A stretch of DNA of 64,000 nt from the human T2T-CHM13v2.0 reference genome, Homo sapiens: the NCBI RefSeq assembly GCF_009914755.1, contig NC_060947.1; one strand, 5' to 3'. A model generated the notes under the pieces. The model was not told the origin of the DNA. It saw only the letters and a list, made by a program, of their open reading frames with translations, and searched no databases. The translations under genes and the position numbers were made by a program. Below, one piece after another: positions 19,949 to 31,822 of the stretch (its first letter is position 1; each line of letters starts with the position of its first letter).

Positions 19949-20039
19949 TTAAACCAGTTTTATTAGACTCTGTTCCCTATCATCATATCACACAAAATAG
20001 CAATAGGTGTTCAGTGAAAAAGTGGATTTGTGGCAATAT

Positions 20040-20160
20040 TTTAAATATATTTGTATTTATATATAATACATAATTATATATTTTGTATATATAAATATGT
20101 ATCAATATTTATTAATATATATTTATATTATATATAAATATAAATTATATATATGCAGAA
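20040..20160. repeat. AT-rich low-complexity tract
   Basis: Read directly from the sequence. Confidence 0.8.
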
Positions 20161-22334
20161 CATATTTGTGTTTATTAAATTAGCAAATTTTTTTGCTTTG
20201 TTTTCAGTTTATATTTTTTACTCTAGGAATTTTCAGTCTTCAATATAAAAATATATTTTGTGAATTTACAACAGGAGGATAAAATATTCAGCATTTTCCC
20301 AACTTCCTAATCATGAGATGCTTTTTCTACCAAATTTTACAGAACAATACTCCAAAGAAAATAACTCCGTAAACAACATCAAAGAATCTCATGGCGTGTT
20401 ATTCCAGAAGCATATACCCGGCAGCTTAACGGCTCTTTCACTGAGAAGTCATTATGCAAAACTTGCTTTTGCTGTGAAAATTCCAGCACAGTAAATTTCA
20501 AAGCAAAAAGTGGAATTCAAGCCCCTCAGCATGAGTGTGTGTAGATAACACCCAGAACCATTTTGTTTCCTGATGGATTACTCCTAACACTATATTTCTT
20601 TTCTGTTATCCTCTAATTTTCATTTTTAAATGAATGGTTTCTGAGAATGATGACATTGATATTTATCTAATACTTAAAGTTGAGAGGTGGTTTAGTGCTC
20701 CCACATAGCTTATACTCCTTCCTTTCTCTACCTATATATTCATCTTATCAGCAGGAAAGTTCTTCCTTTTGATTTTCCAAGATTGCTCATTTTTGGTCAG
20801 TAATACATCCTTTGGACAAAAGCAGTCAGTGCCTTAACTCTTTTGGAAAACAAATACCTGTTTCTTTTCTCACCAAAGCATGCTGAAATTCCTCAAAATT
20901 CTGGCACTGAGCTATGCGAAAAAAAAAAGGCACATATGGCTTACAGTATTTTAATAATAAAGTCCTGGAATGTTAAATAAATATACAAGTAATGTGCAGC
21001 ATCTTATAGTCCACCTCTTTCCTCCAGTAGAGATCATCAGCATTTTCTATGTCACTATTCAATTTTGAATGGACATCCTGTTGCAGTGCATTCCTCTCTA
21101 GGTTCAGTAAAGGACATGTTAAGCTTCTCTCCAGCCCTAAAATACATGTTGTAATTCTATAAATTGAAACTGCATTTTTCCCAAACAATATTGAACATGA
21201 AGCAACACCTAACCATAAACTCTTGTAGCTGTTTTAATTTAAATGTATCCTCACAGCTACTTTTGGGTATACTTATATTCTTATAATTCCAATGAATTTG
21301 ATAAGGTACTTATTTTATTCCCAGGCAGACATTAACATAATACAGAACTATTATTTTCTAAATATGGAAAATATGTAATCATTTTTATAAATGATTATTT
21401 TATCCTAGAAAATAACAAGGTGATTAAAAATGCTTTTTCACAAGAGCAGCGTTTGAGTCTGGCCTATCTTACTAACCACAACTTTCATTTGTCTGCTGTT
21501 TGGCTGTTTAATTCGATTCAACAAACATTTGTTCTTAATAAATGAGTTGGTGCTAGGGAGTCAAAGTTAAATGAGACATGGACTTGGCCCAGTTAAGTGA
21601 GATGTATTAGCAGTTTGCCAATTTTTTAAGAGTAAAACACACATCCAATATGAGGTTATTTTAATGAACAATTAAATCAAGAGTGAATTTAGGAAGTGTT
21701 TTCATTTATAATTTTCCATTCAATGTTTATTAAAGAGATAATGCTACACAATCATTCAATGAACTTTCACAAACAGTAATGAAATAATTTTTACAAGGTT
21801 TGTGGAAGAACGTAGGCCAGTTACTCTTCGTATCAAAACAGTGGACTCTAAACAAATCTAAAGCATCATCGTAATGACAATTATCTGAGTAATTTATAAT
21901 ATGGAAATAATGTATGAAGGAACTACCTATTCCTGATAATGAGGGGATGTTACCTAAGGGAGAGGGAGATTTTGAGCAATAACTCAACACAATGTAATAG
22001 ATGAGATTTTGGCAAATAAGGAGATTACAAATTGGTTTACATATTTTATGATATTTTTGCCCTGAGACAAAGAATGCACTTGGAAGTATGTTTTCCTCGT
22101 GTGGATCACACAGGAGTCTTCTAAGGGACTGGTTTAAAAATATGTTTTCAAAACTAGAAATAAGTTATTTCTACTGTGGATATGAATCTGCAAGAAATCT
22201 ATTGGTAAAGGTAATCTAAAAAAAAAAATAGGGCTTCCTAAATGTCAGCTTTTTATACCAGAAAAAAATACAGGTACTAGTTAAAGTCTTTTACAGTATC
22301 ATGACTTGCTTTCACTAATGAAAATAGCTCACAG

Positions 22335-22515
22335 TTATTGAGAGCTTGCCATGTATAAGGCACCAGCTTAAGTCATTTATATAAATTACCTCATTTCTGC
22401 CTCACAGCAACATAAAATGTGGTGCTATTGTTATACCCATTTTACAGATGATGACAGTGAACTCAGAGAAATTATATTAATTCCTCATGTCTCAAAACTA
22501 GTAAGTGGCAGAGGC
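22335..22515 (-). mobile_element. MIR
   Basis: cccattttacagatgatgacagtgaactcagagaaatt..tagtaagtggcagag. Confidence 0.75.
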
Positions 22516-23469
22516 GAAATTTATCTCAAGACATTTTAAAATTTGATTTATAATTTCTCTGTTTCTCCATTGGTGGTTCAGGTGCATGCTGTGTAATTTC
22601 CATGTATTTATGAATTTTCTAAAATTCCTATTGTTATTTATTTCTACACTCATGCCATTGTCAGAAAAGATATTTAATGCCATTTCCACCTTCTTAAATT
22701 TGCTAAGACTTCTTTATGGCTTAACATTTTATTTATTCTGGAGGTATTCTCTATGTGCTTGAGAAGAATGTGTATTCTGCACAATGCAGTACATCTATTG
22801 GATGTACTGCATTGTGTATATCTGCTAGGTCCATTTGGTCTAAGGTGTAGCATGTGTCCAGTGTTTGGTATTTATTTTCTTTCTTAAAGATTTGTCCATT
22901 GCTGAAAGTGGATATTGAATTCTCCTACTGTTATTGTATTACAGTCTATCTCTCTCTTCATATCTACTAATATTTGTTTTATATATTTAGGTGGTCTGAT
23001 GTTGGGTGCATATACATTTACAATTGGTATAGCCCCTTGATGAATTTACCCCTTTATCACGAATGACCTTCTTTCTCTCTGGAGGGAGTTTTTTACTTAA
23101 AACTATTTTTTTATACATATATGTAGCTGTTTTTGTCTTTTGGTTTTTATTTACATGAATATATTTTTCCATCCCTTCACTTTTATTCTATGTGAGTCCT
23201 TACAAGAGAAGTTAGTATCTTGTAGGCAGTGTGTGACTCGGTAATTTTTGTTGGCCATTCAGCCACTCTATGCCTTTTGATTGGAGAATTTAATCTCATT
23301 TACAATCAAGGTAATTATCAGTATGTGAGGACTTACTGTTGTCATTTGTTTATTGTTTTCTGGCTGATTTGTAGACACTTCATTCTTTTCTTCCTCTATT
23401 GCTGTCTTTGCTTTGTGGTTACCACAAGGCTTACAAGAAACATCTTATAGTTTTAAAAGGCTACATTAA

Positions 23470-24620
23470 AAAAAGTTTTATTATAAGTACAGGGGTACAT
23501 GTGCAAGTTTGTTATATAGGCAAACTTGTGTCATGGGAGTTTGTTGTACAGATTATTTCATCACCAAAGTACTAAGACTAGTACCCAGTAGTTATTTTTT
23601 CTGATCTTCTCCCTCTTCCCACACTCTGCCTTCAAGTAGGTCCCAGTGTTTGTTGTGCCCCTCTTGGTGTCCATGTGTTCTCATCCTTTAGCCCTCACTA
23701 AGTGAAAGTATAATGGCCTCAAGCTCCATCCATGTTCCTTCAAAGGACATTATCTCATTCTTTTTTATGGCTGCATAGTATACCATGATGTATATTTAGC
23801 ATATTTTCTTTATCTAGTCATCCGTTGATAGACATTTAGGTTGATTCCATGTCTTTCCTATTGTAGATAGTTCTGCAGTCAACATTTACGTGCATGCATC
23901 TTTACGTTAGAACGATTTATATTCCTTTGGGTATATACCCAGTAATGGGATAGCTGGGTTGAATGGTAGTTCAGTCTTCAGCTCTTTGAGGAAGTGCCAC
24001 ACTACTTTCCACAATGGTTGAACTCATTTATGCTCTCACTAACAGTGTATAAGCATTCCCTTTTCTCCACAATTTCACCAGCATCTGTTACTTTTTGACT
24101 TTCTAGTAATAGCCATTCTGACCGGTGTGAGGTAGTATCTCATTATGGCTTTGATTTGCATTTCTGTAATGATCAGTGATATTGAGCTCCTTTGTATGTA
24201 CTTGTTGGCTGCATTTATGTCTTCTTTTGAAAAGTGTCTGTTCTTGTCCTTTGCCCATTTTTAATGGGGTTGTTTAATTTTTTTCTTGTAAATTTGCTTA
24301 AGTTCCTTGCAGATGCTAGATATTACACTTTTGCCAGATGCATAGTTTGCAAATATTTTCTTGTATTCCGTAGGTTGCCTGTTTATTCTATTGAGAGTTT
24401 CCTTTGCTGTGAAGAAACTCTTTAGTCTAATAAGATCTGATTTATCAGTATTTGTTTTTGTTGCAATTGGTATTGGTGTCTTTATCATGACATCTTTGCC
24501 AGTTTCTAATTCCAGACTGGTATTGCATAGGTTGTCTTGCAGGGTTTTTATAGTTTGGGGATTTCCTTTAAGTCTTTAATCCATCTTGTGGGTTTTTTAG
24601 TATAGTGTACAGTGTAAGGA

Positions 24621-24667
<47 letters not shown>

Positions 24668-27600
24668 AATGGGTTCAGTGTCAATCATCTGCATATTGTT
24701 AGCCAGTTATCCCAGCACCGTTTATTAAATAGGGTGTTTTTCCTCATTGTTTGTTTCGTCTGCTTTGTGGAAGATCAGATGTATGTAAGTTTGCAGCATT
24801 ATTTCTTTTTTATATAGCATAAGGAACGGGTCCAGTGTCAATCATCGGCATAGGTCTAGCCCGTTATCCCAGCACCATTTATTAAATAGGGTGTTGTTTC
24901 CTCATTGTTTGTTTTGTCTGCTTTGTGGAAGATCAGATGTATGTAGGTTTGCAGCATTATTTCTGGGCTCTCTATTCTGTTCCTTTGTTCTGTGTGTCTG
25001 TGTTTGTACCAGTACCATGTTCTTTTAGTTACTGTAGCCCTGGAGTATAGTTTGAAGTAAGGTAACATGATATTTCCAGCTTTGTTTCTTTTGCTTAGGA
25101 TTGCTTTGGCTAATTGGGCTCTTTTGTGGTTCCATATGAACTTTAAAATTTTTTTTATAGTTTTATAAATGTACTTTTAGGAATAACATAGATTCTGTAA
25201 ATTGCTTTGGGCAGTATGGCCATTTTAACAATATTTATTCTTCCTATCCATGAGCATCAAATGTTTTTCCATGGTTTTGTCACCCCTGATATCTTTGAGC
25301 AGTGTTTTGTAATTCACAGAGTGGAGATCTTTCACATCCACTGTTTGCTGTATTTGTAGGTATTTTATTCTTTTTGTGGAATTGTGAATTGGATTTTATT
25401 CCTGATTTGGCTCTGAGCTTGGCTATTGTTGGTGTGTAGGAATGCTAGTAATTTATGTACATTGATTTTGTATCCTGAAACTTTGCTGAAGTTGTTTATC
25501 AGCTTAAGGAACTTTTGGTCCAAGGCTAAGGGGTTTTTACATATAGAATCATGTCATCTCTAAACTGGGATAGTTTGACTTCCTGTCTTCCTATTTGGAT
25601 GACTTTTATTTCTTTCTCTTGCCTGATTGCTCTGGACAGAACTTATAATACTACAATTGAATAAGAGTGATGAGAGAGGGCATTCTTGTCTTGTGCCAGT
25701 TCTCAAGGATAATGCTTCCAGCTTTTGACCATTCAGTCTGATGTTGGCTATGGTTTTGTCATAGATGGCTCTTATTATTTTGAGGTTTGTTCCTTGAATG
25801 CCTAGTTCTCTGAGAGTCTTTAACATGAAGACATTTTGAATTTTGTTGAAAGCCCTTTCTGCCTCTATTAAGATGATCACATGTTTTTTGTCTTTTGTTC
25901 TATTTAGGTGATAAATCACATTTATTGATTTACATATGTTGTAACAATCTTGAATCCCAGGGATAAAGCCTGCTTGATCATGGTGGTGCTTTTTGATGTG
26001 CGGCTGTGTTTGGTTTGCGGTATTTTGTTGAGGATTTAGCATAAAAGTTCATCAAGGATATTGGCCTGAAGTTTTCTTTCTTTATTGTGTCTCTGCCAGG
26101 TTTTGGTATCACGATGATGCTGGTCTCATAGAATGAGTTGGGGAGGAATTCCTTCCACTCAGTTTTTCAGAATAGTTTCCATAAGAATGGTACAATCTCT
26201 TCATCATACATCTGGTAGAATTGGCTATGAATCCATCTGGTCCTGGGCTTTGTGGGGTTGGTAGGATATTTATTAGTGATTCAATCTTGTTGCTCATTTT
26301 TGGTGTGTTCAGGGATTCAATTTCTTCTTGGTTCAGTCTTGGGAGAGTGTATTTCTTCTAGATTTTCTAGTTTGTGTACATAGAGGTGTTCTAACTAGTA
26401 TCTGATGATGATTTGTATTAACATATTTCTATGGAGTCAGTGGTAACATCCTTTTTGTCTTTTCTAATCATGTTTATTTGGATTTTCTATCTTTTCTTTA
26501 TTAATCTAGGTAGCAGCCTATCATATTTTTTTTCAAATATTCAGCTCCTGGCTTCTTTGATCTTTTTAATGGTTTTCTGTCTCTCAATCTCCTTCAGTTC
26601 AGCTCTGATTCTGGTTATTTCTTGTCTTCTGCTAGCTTTGGGGTTGTTTTGCTCTTGTTCCTTTCAGTTGTAATGTTAGGTTGTTAATTTGAGATCTTTC
26701 TAATGTTTTAATGTGGGTGTTTAGTGCAATATATTTCCTTCGTAGCACTGCCTTAGCTGTGTCTCAGAGATTCTGCTATGTTGTGTCTTTGTTCTCATTC
26801 GTTTCACAGAACTTCTTAATTTCTGCCCTAATTTCATTATTTACCCAAAAGTGTTTCATGAGATGCTTGTTGAATTTCCATTTAATTGTAAGGTTTTCAG
26901 CAATTTTCTCAGTCTGGATTTCTATTTTTATTGTTTGTCATCCAAGAGAGTGTTTGGTATGATTTCAGTTCTTTTTTATTTGCTGAGGATTGCTTTATCT
27001 CTGATTGTGTGGTTGATTTTAGAGCATGTACCATGTAGCAATGAGAATAATGTATATTCGTTGTTTTGGGGTGGAGATCTTCATAAACCTCTCTCAGGTC
27101 CATTTGGTCCAGTATATAATTTGAATTATACTTCTGTCATTTCAGGCATCTCAGCTCAGTTAAGAACCCTTCCTATAGAACTAGTGTTGTTGTTTGGAGA
27201 ATAGAAGGCACTCTGACTTTTCGAGTTGTTAGAGTTCTTGTACTGGTACTTTCTCATCTTTGTGGACTGATGTTCCTTCAGTCTTTAAAGTTGCTGTCCT
27301 TTTGTTTTTGTTCTATTCCTTTATCCTATTTGATTCCCTTGGGAGTTTGGTAGTGGTATAATGTGGGTTCAGTCAACTGGCTTTATTTCCGAAAGATTTT
27401 AGTTGTGGGGTGAGGCTCAACTCAGGAATCCTGGGCTGCATGCCCTAACCCTGGGTGAATGTTACCAATCCTGGATTTCTTCTCTGGCCCCTCAAAGTTG
27501 GGAAGCTGTGCTAGAGGGGCTGAGGTGCTCCCAGGCTGCTGGTCACAACACTCCAATGGGTAGTGCCACCCAAAGCACTTAGTAGGGAGGTGGCAGCAGT

Positions 27601-28652
27601 ACCAGTTTTTGTTTGCTCATGCCAGTGACAGTGCAGCAGGATACTGGCCTCTGTGCAGATTTTCACAGTAGTGGTTGGTGTTAGCATGGCACAGCAGGGC
27701 GTGGTGCCCCCTACTAGTGTCTGTGTGAGCATTTGCGCCTGTGGTGGTGTTAGCATGAGGGCAGGGTTCTGGTGGGCTCAGGGCTGTGTGCGCCCTCTGT
27801 TCACTATCACACGGGTGGCTGTGGCTGTGGTTGCTCAGGGTGAGGGTGGGTCCGCTGGTCTCCATGCCTAGTTTTACACTAGTGGCAGTGTTGGCACAGG
27901 GGTTAGGTGCTGGCGAGGGTGAGGCTGGTGGATTCCATGCCCAAGAATGCTCCTACAGCGATAACAGTGCAGTGGGGGTGGGGAGCAGAATGCACTAACA
28001 CTGGCAGCAGTGGCACAGCGGAGTGCACATGCACACATGTGCTTGCAGGGAAGGGAAGGCCAGGTCCTTTTGGACACACGTGCACTGGCAAAGATATTTG
28101 GGGGTGGTTGTGGGCAAGTGCATACAGGCAAATTGCCACAGGGGAGGCTGCAGTGCAGGAAGTGCTGACTGGCTGGTGTGTGTCCTCAGGTGCTGCTCTG
28201 TTGGAGCTCTCTGTCTGTGAGGTGCATTCTACCAGCACAGGAGCTATGATGTGGGACCCCAGGAGGTCCTCCTCCCCTGGGCACCTGAGACTGCACAGCA
28301 AGCAGGTATGGCCTGGCTAGGACTCCTGGGAGAGGCCAGCAGACTGAGGGGTGCTCAAGTCAGACCAGCCCCATCTCATGAGCATGGCCACCGTGTGGAG
28401 TTGAGATCTGTCAGTTCCCCTAGGACTAAAGTCTCCTATGGCAGCAAGTTGAGCCTAGGGAAATGGGTGTCCCTGCCTATACTCCATTACAGACATTCCC
28501 GCAACAAACCCTCTGGGCTCACACTGGCTGGAGTTCCGCCCCGCCCCTTCTCTAAGCAGCTCTCTCTGCCAACTCAAGTGTCCATGGTGGTCATAATTTA
28601 TCCTTCTGTCAGGATTGCAGAGGCTCTTGGTGAGAGTGAGTTGCTCCCTGCT
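23470..28652 (-). mobile_element. L1PA13-16-like, near full length with an internal deletion (~27110-27130 joins ORF2 EN to the ORF1 5' part)
   Basis: 3' end aaacttgtgtcatgggagtttgttgtacagattatttcatcacc, ORF2 remnants and a GC-rich 5'UTR at 27350-28650. Degenerate TSD aaaaggctacatt / aaaaggatatttt. Confidence 0.8.
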
Positions 28653-28735
28653 AAAAAAGGATATTTTAATCTGATAACAACTTAACTTTAATTGCATACA
28701 AAAACTTTACACTTTTACTTTCTCACACATTAAAA

Positions 28736-31158
28736 ATGTTTGCTATAAATAGCTCTTATTATTTTGAGATATGTTCCATCAACACCTAGTTTATTGAGTG
28801 TTTTTAGCATGAAGCGGTATTGAATTTTACTGAAAGCCTTTTCTGCATCTATTGAGATAATCATGTGGTTTTTGTCATTGGTTCTGCTTATGTGATGGAT
28901 TACATTTATTAATTTGTGTAAGTTTAACCAGCCTTGCATCCCAGGGATGAAGCCGACTTGATTGTGCTGGGTAAGTTTTTTGATGTGCTGAGGATTCAGT
29001 TTGCCAGTATTTTATTGAGGATTTTGGCATCGATGTTCATCAGGGATAGTGGCCTGAAATTTTCTGTTTTTGTTGTGTCTCTGCCAGGTTTTGGTATCAG
29101 GATGATGCTGGCCTCATGAAATGAATTAGGGAGGATTCCCTCTTTTTCTATTCTTTGGAATAGTTTCAGAAGGATTGGTATCAGCTCCTCTTTGTACCTC
29201 TGGTAGAATTCAGCTGTGAATCCGTCTGGTCCTGGACTTTTTTTGGTTGGTAGGTTATTAATTACTGCCTCAATTTCAGAACTTGTTATTGGTCTATTCA
29301 GGGATTCGACTTCTTCCTGGTTTAGACTTGGGAGGGTGTGTGTGTCCAGGAATTTATCCATTTCTTCTAGAGTTTCTAGTTTATTTGCATAGAGGTGTTT
29401 ATAGTATTCTCTGATGGTAGTTTGTATTTCTGTGGGATCGGTAGTGATATCCCCTTTATCACTTTTTATTGCATCTATTTGGTTTTTCTCTGTTTTCTCC
29501 TTTATTAGTCTGGCTAGAGGTCTATCTATTTTGTTGATCTTTTCAAAGAACAGCTCCTGGATTCACTGATTTTTTGAAGGGTGTTTCATTTCTCTATCTC
29601 CTTCAATTCTGCTCTGATCTTAGTTATTTCTTGTCTTCTTCTAGCTTGTGAATTTGCTCTTTTTTCTCTAGTTCTTTTAATTGTGATGTTAGGGTGTCGA
29701 TTTCACATCTTTCCTGCATTCTCATGTGGGCATTTAGTGCTATAAATTTCTCTCTAGACACTGCTTTAAATGTGTCCCAGAGATTCTGGTACGTTGTGTC
29801 TTTGTTCTCATTGGTTTCAAAAAACTTCTTTATTTCTGCCTTAATTTCGTTATTTACCCAGTAGTCATTCAGGAGCAGGTTTTTTAGTTTCCATGTAGTT
29901 GTGCGGTTTTGAGTGAGTTTCTTAATCCTGAGTTCTAATTTGATTGCACTGTGGTCTGAGAAACTGTATGTTATGGTTTATGTTATTTTGCATTTGCTGA
30001 GGAGTGTTTTACTTCCAATTAGGTGGTCAATTTTAGAATAAGTGCAATGTGGTGCTGAGAAGAATGTATATTATGTGGATTTGAGGTGGAGAGTTCTGTA
30101 GATGTCAATTAGGTCCTCTTGGTCCAGAGCTGAGTTCAAGCCCTGAATGTCCTTGTTAATTTTCTGTCTCATTGATCTGTCTAATATTGACAGTAGGGTG
30201 TTAAACTCTCCTGCTATTATCGTGTGGGAGTCTAAGTCTCTTTGTAGGTCTCTAAAAACTTGCTTTATGAATCTGAGTGCTCCTGTATTGGGTGCATATA
30301 TATTTAGGATAGTTAGCTCTTCTTGTTGCATTGATCCCTTTACCATTTTGTAAAGCCCATCTTTGTGTCTTTTCATCTTTTTTGGTTTAAAGTCTGTTTT
30401 ATCAGAGACTAGGATTGCAACCCCTGCTTTTCTTTTGCTTTCCATTTGCTTGGTAAATATTCCTCCATCCCTTTATTTTGAGCCTATGTGTGTCTTTGCA
30501 CATGAGGTGGGTCTCCTGAATACAGCACATCGATGGGTCTTGACTCTCGGTGGGAGTGTAAATTAGTTCAACCATTTTGGAATACAGTGTGGCGATTCCT
30601 CAAGGATCTAGAACCAGAAATACCATTTGACCCAGCAATCCCATTACTGGGTATATACTCAAAGGATTATAAATCGTTCTACTATAAAGACACATGCATA
30701 TATATGTTTATTGTGGCACTATTCACAATAACAAAGACTCGGAACCAAACCAAATGCCCATCAATGATAGACTGGATAAAGAAAATGTGGCACATACACA
30801 CCATGGAATACTGTGCAGCCATAAAAATGATGAGTTCATGTCCTTTGCAGGGACATGGAGGAAGCTGGAAACCATCATTCTCAGCCAACTGACACAGGAA
30901 CAGAAAACCAAACACTGCATGTTCTCACTCATAAGTGGGACTTGAACAATGAGAACACATGGACACAGGGAGGGGAACATCTCACACCTGGGCCTGTTGG
31001 GGGGTCGGGGGCTAGGGGAGGGATAGCATTAGGAGAAATACCTAATGTAGATGACGTGTTGATTGGTGCAGCAAACTATCATGGCACATGGATACCTATG
31101 TAACAAACCTGCATGTTCTGTACATGTACCCCAGAACTTGAAGTATAATAATAAAAAA
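28736..31158 (+). mobile_element. L1PA7-like insertion with 5' inversion (inverted part 28736-30547, 3' part 30548-31158)
   Basis: Minus-strand ORF2 EN-to-RT peptides switch at gggtcttgactctc|ggtgggagtgtaaattag to the plus-strand ORF2 C-terminus, 3'UTR and A-tail. Confidence 0.88.
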
Positions 31159-31206
31159 TTTTTTGAAGTTTGATATCACAATTTATATCTTTGTATATTG
31201 TGTATC

Positions 31207-31732
31207 TGTGATGATTAATATTAAGTGTCAACTTGATTGAGTTGAAGGATACGAAGTATTGTTTCTGGGTGTATCTGGGTGTTTATGGGTGTTGCCAGAA
31301 GAGATTAACATTTGAGGCAGTGGACTGGGAGAGGAAGTCTGCCCTCCTCCCCAGGAAGACCCACCCACAATGTGGGTTGGCACCATTCAACCTGCTGTCA
31401 GCATGGCTAGAAAAAGCAGGCAGAAGGAGGTGGAAGAACCTGAATTGCTGAATCTTCTGGTCTTCATCTTTCTCTCATACTGAATGCTTCCTGCCCTCAA
31501 GCATCAGACCCATGTTATTTGGCTTTTGGACCCTTGGACATACACTGGTGGTTTGCAGGGGTTCTTGGGCCTTCAACCACAGAATGAAGGCTGTATTGTT
31601 GGCTTCTCTACTTTAGAGGTTTTGGGACTCAGACAGAGCCATTACTGGCTTCCTTGCTCCTGAACTTGCAGATGGCCTATTGTGGTACTTCACCTTGTGA
31701 TCGTGTGAGTCAAGTCTCCTTAATAAACTCCC

Positions 31733-31784
<52 letters not shown>

Positions 31785-31822
31785 TATTAGTTCTGTCCTT
31801 CCAGAGAACCCTGTCTGATATA
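31207..31822 (+). mobile_element. MLT2A (MLT2A1/A2) solo LTR with (TA)n
   Basis: tgtgatgattaatattaagtgtcaacttgattg..atcctattagttctgtcc. Perfect 5-bp TSD GTATC at 31202-31206 and 31823-31827. Confidence 0.9.

Noticed and set aside
20973-21188. Exon-like minus-strand segment after a tgtattttag acceptor-like site
   Set aside because: There is no recognisable protein similarity or partner exons, so it cannot be supported without RNA data.
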